DNA of 64,000 nt from IMG/VR virus record IMGVR_UViG_3300017763_000002, positions 124,001 through 188,000 of that record, one strand, 5' to 3'. Under the pieces are notes generated by a model that did not search any database, was not told the DNA's origin, and saw only the letters and a list, made by a program, of their open reading frames with translations. Positions within the stretch are counted from its first letter, which is position 1. The number at the start of each line of letters is the position of its first letter. Positions 58,230-64,000 of the stretch are shown one piece after another. The translations under genes were made by a program, and so were the position numbers.

Positions 58230-58268
58230 GTTGACTTTTAATTAAGAATACTACAGACTTAAATAATC

Positions 58269-58445
58269 ATGAAAAATACAGAATTCATTAAATTGACAGA
58301 GATGTGGCAAGACGGAGATTATTTCGGTGTCGCAGAGATTATAAGAACAGAAGATTGGGAGCATTCAACCTTAGCAGAGTTTTGCTCTTATTTCGTAAAA
58401 TATTTAGGAACAAGAGAGTTTCACCTTTTATATAAGTTTTTATGA
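58269..58445 (+). CDS. Small hypothetical protein
   Basis: Hand-translated 58 aa MKNTEFIKLTEMWQDGDY...; ATGA overlap with next gene. Confidence 0.55.
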   Translation: MKNTEFIKLTEMWQDGDYFGVAEIIRTEDWEHSTLAEFCSYFVKYLGTREFHLLYKFL

Positions 58446-58807
58446 GTAGCGAGTTAGATTTATTATGGGACACATACGATTTCGTTCTCGATAAAGTTGT
58501 CGTTCTTGAAGATGAATTTGCGGACTTATTTAAACAGATAAATGAACAAATTGAAAAAAATTCTAAAATTAATCGTGCGACTAAAGGTTCTTTTTTAAAA
58601 AACGCAAATGAACTCAAAGGTTTATATAACAAACAGATAAGAACCATAAATGAATTGCGAGTTTTTTACAAGCGAAATAAGACTGACATTCCTCGTGAGA
58701 GAAAAGTATCTATTGACTCTTTTGAAGAGTTAGCTCAAGTTACCGAAGAATTGCTAAGTGTCTTAAATCAATCTCTTGAAGATGTAGAAAATATGCTTGA
58801 CTATTAA
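58442..58807 (+). CDS. Coiled-coil hypothetical protein
   Basis: 121 aa heptad-rich. Confidence 0.6.
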   Translation: MSSELDLLWDTYDFVLDKVVVLEDEFADLFKQINEQIEKNSKINRATKGSFLKNANELKGLYNKQIRTINELRVFYKRNKTDIPRERKVSIDSFEELAQVTEELLSVLNQSLEDVENMLDY

Positions 58808-58831
58808 GATTATTTGCTTTAGATTTAAATT

Positions 58832-59095
58832 ATGAAACGAGGAAGACCAAAAGGCTACTCTCCATATGTGGAGATTTCTTACGAAGATTTGTCAGATTAT
58901 GTTGGCAAAAAAACATTAATAAAAGTTTGCAAAAATTGGGCAACTACTATTGGGTTGCACCCGACCCAACAAGATAATACTAAAGATTTATTAAATAATT
59001 TAAATACAGAACAAGTATCAATTACAAAAGTGGCGAATGAGGAGCTTGAACAAAGCCCAAAAATAGAATTTAATATTACAAATTTTGATGAATAA
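58832..59095 (+). CDS. Hypothetical protein with AT-hook-like RGRPK
   Basis: MKRGRPKG; preceded by TTGACT-17-TAGATT at 58797-58825. Confidence 0.6.
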   Translation: MKRGRPKGYSPYVEISYEDLSDYVGKKTLIKVCKNWATTIGLHPTQQDNTKDLLNNLNTEQVSITKVANEELEQSPKIEFNITNFDE

Positions 59096-60023
59096 TTACT
59101 TTCCAGATTTAATTGGTCAGAAAGCAGTCAAGAAGAAGCTCTCATTTTATATTGAAGCTTTCAATCAGACAGGCGTCTGTCCCTTTCTTCTCTTAACAGG
59201 AGCTAAGGGTTTGGGCAAAACTCAATTTTCAAAAGCTTTTGGCAAAAATTTAAATAATAAAGATGGAAGTAAAAGGACTTTTATAGAGATTAATTGCTCT
59301 ACTATACGAAATAACGAGCAGTTTTTTGAGCAAATATTTCTTCCTGTTATATGTGACAATGAAGTAACAATATTGTTTGACGAATGTCACGCTCTTCCAA
59401 AAGATTTAACAATGGCTTTTCTGACAATATTTAATACAGAAACATCTACTAAGAAAAAATTTGAATGGGATGAGATGTCTTTTGAATTTGATTTTAAAAA
59501 ACAGACTTTTATTTTTGCCACAACAGAAAGTGATCAAATCTTTCCCCCGCTCAAAGATAGATTAACCAATGTAGATTTTGAACCTTACTCCCAACTTGAG
59601 CTTGGTCAAATATTAAGATTGTGTGCCCCAAAGACTGTGATTCAAGATGATTGCCTTAAAGAAGTCTCTAAGTCCGTTCGGAATAATGCAAGAAATGCAG
59701 TAATGAGGGCAAAAGAAATATCACTATATTGCGGAGCCAAGAAAAAGTTTTTGTTTTCCTTAAAAGATTACGAAGACTTATGCGATCAGGTGAGTATATT
59801 GCCATTAGGATTAACATATACTGAAAAGCAAATACTCGAAGTGCTTAACAAGCAAGGTTCTGCGACATTAACAGGTCTTGCTGCAAAATTAGGTTTAAGT
59901 AAGACATCTATTCAAAAAGATCACGAATTATATCTTTTAAATAAAAATTTAATAGAGATTGATGGTAAACGCAAAATCACATCAAAAGGCATAGATGTTT
60001 GTAAAATCTTAGAATCAGTATGA
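59085..60023 (+). CDS. ruvB: RuvB-like AAA+ ATPase
   Basis: LIGQKAVKKKL, Walker A GAKGLGKT, Walker B DECH, ATTE, PLKDRL, C-terminal winged helix GLTYTEKQIL...ELYLL. Confidence 0.85.
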   Translation: MMNNYFPDLIGQKAVKKKLSFYIEAFNQTGVCPFLLLTGAKGLGKTQFSKAFGKNLNNKDGSKRTFIEINCSTIRNNEQFFEQIFLPVICDNEVTILFDECHALPKDLTMAFLTIFNTETSTKKKFEWDEMSFEFDFKKQTFIFATTESDQIFPPLKDRLTNVDFEPYSQLELGQILRLCAPKTVIQDDCLKEVSKSVRNNARNAVMRAKEISLYCGAKKKFLFSLKDYEDLCDQVSILPLGLTYTEKQILEVLNKQGSATLTGLAAKLGLSKTSIQKDHELYLLNKNLIEIDGKRKITSKGIDVCKILESV

Positions 60024-60265
60024 TTTTAAATAAAAAACAAAAAAAGATTTTTCTTAAATGTGCAGAGGAGCTTAACGAGCTTTCAACAAAATTATTACAA
60101 GAAGTTAATAAAAAAGACAAATGCAGGTACAATGATATTGTGCTTGAGTCTCAAGATGTTGACGCTAGGTTATTAGAGCTTAAACACATATTAAGAGTAG
60201 ATGATAATTTCCCAAATTATAACGAGCATAAATTAATTCTAGGTAATGCAGAAGATTTATCTTGA
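60020..60265 (+). CDS. Hypothetical protein
   Basis: 81 aa. Confidence 0.5.
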   Translation: MILNKKQKKIFLKCAEELNELSTKLLQEVNKKDKCRYNDIVLESQDVDARLLELKHILRVDDNFPNYNEHKLILGNAEDLS

Positions 60266-60296
60266 CTTTTAACCTTAAATAAATTATATTAATACA

Positions 60297-60488
60297 ATGA
60301 ATATCGAACAAAAAAATACTCCTATATATAAATATAGGCTTTATGACTTCGCTCAGTCCGAAGGTAAAGAATTAACTTCTGGGGTGCATTTATTAACTGC
60401 AAGAGAAGCTAGTATTAAAAATCGAGCTTTTGCTATGAATGGATTGCAAAAAAAATATATTAAAAAAAATAAACATGATAATAGATGA
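60297..60488 (+). CDS. Hypothetical protein
   Basis: 63 aa; TTGACT-17-TATATT at 60262-60290, ATG 6 nt downstream. Confidence 0.55.
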   Translation: MNIEQKNTPIYKYRLYDFAQSEGKELTSGVHLLTAREASIKNRAFAMNGLQKKYIKKNKHDNR

Positions 60489-60990
60489 ATCACAAAAAGC
60501 TAATGTAAAAGGGTTTCTAGGCGACTTGTTGGATTTCCCAAATGGAATTAACCGCATAGCTCATTGTTGTAATACTCATAATGTTATGGGGGCGGGAATA
60601 GCTAGAAGTATTAAAGCTCATTTTCCTTACGCTTGGCAAGCGGATTGCATCGCTCACCAAAATAAAAAAAATACTTTAGGTTCGTATTCTTTTGGTTGGG
60701 CGGATATAGACTCAGGAGAGTGCCAAAAAGGGGTTTTTAATCTTTACACACAGGATACTATTGGTAGCGGAAGAGAAGTTAATTATGAAGCATTTTACCA
60801 ATCTTTATCAAAAGTAAGAGACGCTTTAGAAAAAGATCAAATGCATAATGGAGAAGATATGATTTTAGGTCTTCCTTACGGAATTTCTTGCGGTCTCGCA
60901 GGTGGAAGTTGGAGAGTAATATATTCTATGATTTTAGATGTTCTCTTACATTCTCCGATTAAAACATATATTGTAAAACTTGATGACTGA
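60475..60990 (+). CDS. Macrodomain (ADP-ribose-binding/hydrolase) protein
   Basis: GDLL, IAHCCNTHNVMGAGIA, VFNLYTQ, PYGISCGLAGGSW. Confidence 0.88.
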   Translation: MIIDESQKANVKGFLGDLLDFPNGINRIAHCCNTHNVMGAGIARSIKAHFPYAWQADCIAHQNKKNTLGSYSFGWADIDSGECQKGVFNLYTQDTIGSGREVNYEAFYQSLSKVRDALEKDQMHNGEDMILGLPYGISCGLAGGSWRVIYSMILDVLLHSPIKTYIVKLDD

Positions 60991-61165
60991 TTCTCAAATG
61001 TTAAAATCTTTAATAACTAAAGAAATTGATCGGCTATCAATAAACCATGATCCAAAAAATATATTATTAATAAATAATGTTTTAAAAAGAATGTTGCTTT
61101 TTATTGACGATCACGATAGAATGGTCGCGGAAATTTTAAGAATCGGAGGTAAACATACATTATAA
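60980..61165 (+). CDS. Hypothetical protein
   Basis: 61 aa. Confidence 0.5.
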   Translation: MMTDSQMLKSLITKEIDRLSINHDPKNILLINNVLKRMLLFIDDHDRMVAEILRIGGKHTL

Positions 61166-61395
61166 TGTTTGACAATGGAATAAATAACGAATTTGAGGAA
61201 GCCCATCAAAAAGGTTTAAGACGAGGCTTTGATCTTGGGTGGTCTTATAAAGGTCGATATTACCGACAAATGATTAAAGATATGCTAAACGACAAAGACT
61301 ATTTAAATTCGGGATCAAAAACCCTCAAAAGACTTTTAAATAAAATGGAGAATGATGAAGATAACAGAGAGAACATAACAATTAATACTTTCTAA
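61165..61395 (+). CDS. Hypothetical protein
   Basis: 76 aa. Confidence 0.5.
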   Translation: MFDNGINNEFEEAHQKGLRRGFDLGWSYKGRYYRQMIKDMLNDKDYLNSGSKTLKRLLNKMENDEDNRENITINTF

Positions 61396-61396
61396 A

Positions 61397-61693
61397 ATGA
61401 GCAAAAAATTAGACCCTTTTTATGACGAGGACTTAAACGAAACTTGTCCGATTACAAATAAAGATGTATTAGATGACTGCCATGTTGTGATTGAGTTCGG
61501 ATATGGTAGTGATTGGGATATGACAACTTATACTTTCTCTACCATACATGATGAGGTGGGCAAGAAAATTGTAGCTTACATTCAATCCCTAATGCCAAAG
61601 GGTCATTCAGTAGAAGAGTTTTCCACCAATGTCATGGAAGACCTTTTTAATAAAGAATGGACTGATGAAGATAAAAATAATCATGGATTATGA
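61397..61693 (+). CDS. Hypothetical protein
   Basis: 98 aa; IEFGYGSDWD. Confidence 0.6.
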   Translation: MSKKLDPFYDEDLNETCPITNKDVLDDCHVVIEFGYGSDWDMTTYTFSTIHDEVGKKIVAYIQSLMPKGHSVEEFSTNVMEDLFNKEWTDEDKNNHGL

Positions 61694-61847
61694 GAACACT
61701 ATTAAGTATAATATTATATCATGTGGGAGATTTGGTTTGTTGGTTTTTGCGTTTTAGTTGCTTTAGTTGGCTGTATCCATTTTATTCAAAAATTATGATT
61801 TTAAGTTCTGAGCTTGACAAAGAAGGCGAAGTATGGGAGAATAAAAA

Positions 61848-62066
61848 ATGATGCACGAAGCAATGACAGAAGAAATTAATTATAACAAAGGCTACGATAA
61901 AGGATATACAGACGCACAAGAATATCTCGCAAAAAAATTTGAAAAAGTTTTGAGTAAAAATGCAAACCAATCATACGACAAAGGATACGACAAAGGCTTT
62001 AGAGAAGGAGCAAATGAAAAAGATAACAAGCCATGCGTTTGTGGATTTTGGGGAGCAAAAAAATGA
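61848..62066 (+). CDS. Hypothetical protein with YxKGY repeats
   Basis: YNKGYDKGY and YDKGYDKGF. Confidence 0.55.
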   Translation: MMHEAMTEEINYNKGYDKGYTDAQEYLAKKFEKVLSKNANQSYDKGYDKGFREGANEKDNKPCVCGFWGAKK

Positions 62067-62338
62067 AAATATCGGTTACTAATTATAATAAAACTTATAG
62101 TGTTGAATCTGATGAAGATTTAGATGCGGAAGATTTAGCGGATGTATTTAAAGGCTTGATGGTAAATATGGGGTTCCATCCTAAAAATGTAGATGAATTA
62201 TTTAATACAGAATATGAGTGGTTTCCCGAAGACGAATTAAGAACTGAAATTGACGAAGAAGTAGTAAAAAAAGGATTAGAAGATTTTTCAAATAGTCTTG
62301 TAAATAAATGGCATAAGGATTGCCAAGAAGGAAAATGA
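62063..62338 (+). CDS. Hypothetical protein
   Basis: 91 aa from ATG 62063. Confidence 0.55.
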   Translation: MKISVTNYNKTYSVESDEDLDAEDLADVFKGLMVNMGFHPKNVDELFNTEYEWFPEDELRTEIDEEVVKKGLEDFSNSLVNKWHKDCQEGK

Positions 62339-62652
62339 TTAATTGGATTAAAATTGAAGACGAAATGCCCGAAGAGGGAAAGAGATTGCTTTACTTTTTT
62401 GAAGGCACAGGTGTTTGGGTGGGCTTTTATTATGGCAGAGACGAAGAGTATCCCGATTCAAATAATCATGTATTTGGTTGCGAAGCAGGATTTTTAACAG
62501 GAGATGTCACCCATTATTGCTACATTGATTATCCCGAAGGTGGAGAATGGAGAGCAGAATCAGATAAAGAATTTTCTAAAGAAGCCAAAAAAGAAATGTT
62601 GGAAATACAAAAAGAACAGAATCAAATATTCAATAATTTATTTAAACAATGA
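62335..62652 (+). CDS. DUF551-like protein
   Basis: WIKIEDEMPE...VTHY pattern. Confidence 0.65.
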   Translation: MINWIKIEDEMPEEGKRLLYFFEGTGVWVGFYYGRDEEYPDSNNHVFGCEAGFLTGDVTHYCYIDYPEGGEWRAESDKEFSKEAKKEMLEIQKEQNQIFNNLFKQ

Positions 62653-62930
62653 AAACATTACATAATACTAAAAATTGCAAATACAGAAGATACTTGTATA
62701 AAAAATTAAAGCATGGCAAAATAAGTGGCAAGTTTTATAAGTTTCTTTGCAGAAATTTCCCTTATCGAATTAATGCAAGAGAAGTGACAATTTGCGTTAG
62801 CATGGTGCTTGATGGGAGAATGACCGAAAATAAAGCCATTACTACCTTACAAGGAGCAACTACTGAACTTAGACGACAACAAGAGTTGTACAAATCAAAT
62901 GTGGAGTGCAGAAAGAAAATAGGTTGGTAG
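62649..62930 (+). CDS. Hypothetical basic protein
   Basis: 93 aa. Confidence 0.5.
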   Translation: MKTLHNTKNCKYRRYLYKKLKHGKISGKFYKFLCRNFPYRINAREVTICVSMVLDGRMTENKAITTLQGATTELRRQQELYKSNVECRKKIGW

Positions 62931-63697
62931 TAAAATTAAATGCTGAAAGATATATTTCTGAAATAGATTTTTCTGAAATAGAATGTTGTAGAATTGATGC
63001 TAATGTTAATAACAATTACCCTCCGATACATTCTTTTGTAACATCTATGGAAGATCACAAAATGTCTGCTATGTCTAAAAAACTAAAAGACAATTTTACC
63101 ATTTTAGAGGGAGAGCCTTTCGACCCCTCTTTCACCCATAAAGAAAAAATGTTTGGAGTCTACGAGAATCATTTAAAATGTATTCAATTAGCATATGATA
63201 ATAATTTAGACCATGTGTTTATTTTTGAAGACGATGTATATTTTATCAAAAATTGGAGAAATATTGTTAATGAATTTATATATAATAATGAAGTTGACAT
63301 TCTCAAGTTTGATTTATTACCTTATAATGTAGAAAGTAATTGTTCAGATAATAAAATTGTTTTTTACAAAAGAGATATGGGGTGTTGTTTAGGCGGTTAT
63401 TATTTAAGTAAAAACGCAATCAATATCATGTTATCAAGACACTCAAGGCTTTTAAAATTACTAGAAAGCCATGAAGGAGATTCAGGAACAGAAACTTTAT
63501 GGGGATTTCTTGCAGAACCTTTTGAGGATGAAATATATACTTCATTGCCTAGAATTTGCATACAAGATTGGTTCTCTCAAAATAAAAGCAATTTACAAAC
63601 AAATGATCATTTAAAAAATTTAGTAGAGATGCAAGAAAAATATTATCTACCTAAATATAAACACTTTTACCCCGAATTACAAGATGAAAATATTTAA
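62906..63697 (+). CDS. Glycosyltransferase family 25-like
   Basis: NHLKCI...VFIFEDDV...GGYYLSKNA. Confidence 0.75.
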   Translation: MQKENRLVVKLNAERYISEIDFSEIECCRIDANVNNNYPPIHSFVTSMEDHKMSAMSKKLKDNFTILEGEPFDPSFTHKEKMFGVYENHLKCIQLAYDNNLDHVFIFEDDVYFIKNWRNIVNEFIYNNEVDILKFDLLPYNVESNCSDNKIVFYKRDMGCCLGGYYLSKNAINIMLSRHSRLLKLLESHEGDSGTETLWGFLAEPFEDEIYTSLPRICIQDWFSQNKSNLQTNDHLKNLVEMQEKYYLPKYKHFYPELQDENI

Positions 63698-63795
63698 ATG
63701 GATATACGAAACTTTTTCAGCAATTTTTGTACTTTGTTATTGCGTTTTTGCTAGTTTCATGTTATTATTTAAGGATGAAGACTGAATTATATAAT

Positions 63796-64000
63796 ATGTT
63801 AAAAAGTTCTGCACAAGCAGAGTTGGACAAGTCAAAGCTTACGCTTGACTTGTTATCTAATCATGCAGTTGGCATTGGAGATCACTCTACCGATGACTAC
63901 TACAAGAATGCAGAGCAAGCTCTCTGTATGTACATTGACGCTATTGATCGTTTAGAAGGTTTAGAAAAATATTTTAAAAATGAAGGGTGCAAAGACAAAG
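63796..64000 (+). CDS. Hypothetical protein, partial (runs off window end)
   Basis: Hand translation MLKSSAQAELDKSKLTLDLLSNHAVGIGDHSTDDYY..., no stop in window. Confidence 0.55.
   Translation, partial: MLKSSAQAELDKSKLTLDLLSNHAVGIGDHSTDDYYKNAEQALCMYIDAIDRLEGLEKYFKNEGCKDK

Noticed and set aside
56484-58236. Intact IS200/IS605 or IS607 element
   Set aside because: No tnpA, and no recognisable left-end hairpin; the gene has a phage-style leaderless promoter back-to-back with another phage gene.
1-64000. Stop-codon reassignment
   Set aside because: Genes up to 7 kb are uninterrupted in the standard code, and TAA, TAG and TGA all end well-defined genes.

Overview
64 kb segment of a large AT-rich tailed dsDNA phage (Caudoviricetes); no cellular housekeeping context, integrase or capsid genes are visible. 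1-39.5 kb is a tail/virion module spread over both strands: minor tail protein, four tail-tube-like paralogues, a 2343-aa tape measure protein, neck proteins and five large fibre/adhesin proteins, two with S74 chaperone domains. 39.5-64 kb is an accessory region with nucleotide and modification enzymes (NDT-like, JmjC, GMP reductase, GNAT, citryl-CoA-lyase-like, dUTPase), a tmRNA, tRNA-Thr, glycosyl- and sulfotransferases, an ACP-domain protein, RuvB, a macrodomain and many small ORFs. Trp-rich modules suggest a Verrucomicrobiota host (inference). The main discovery is a stand-alone TnpB/Cas12f-like gene (56520-57812). Its 3' end runs into a 69-bp-period array of structured ~64-nt units, each followed by a 5-6-nt hypervariable window. 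A second, orphan array of the same units with entirely different variable windows lies 4 kb upstream (53645-53858). This fits neither a CRISPR array nor a single omegaRNA. A second signal is a GTGTA-N9 motif placed exactly upstream of eight start codons and of the tmRNA 5' end, a candidate phage-specific promoter. All product calls come from motif recognition by eye; no database searches were run.
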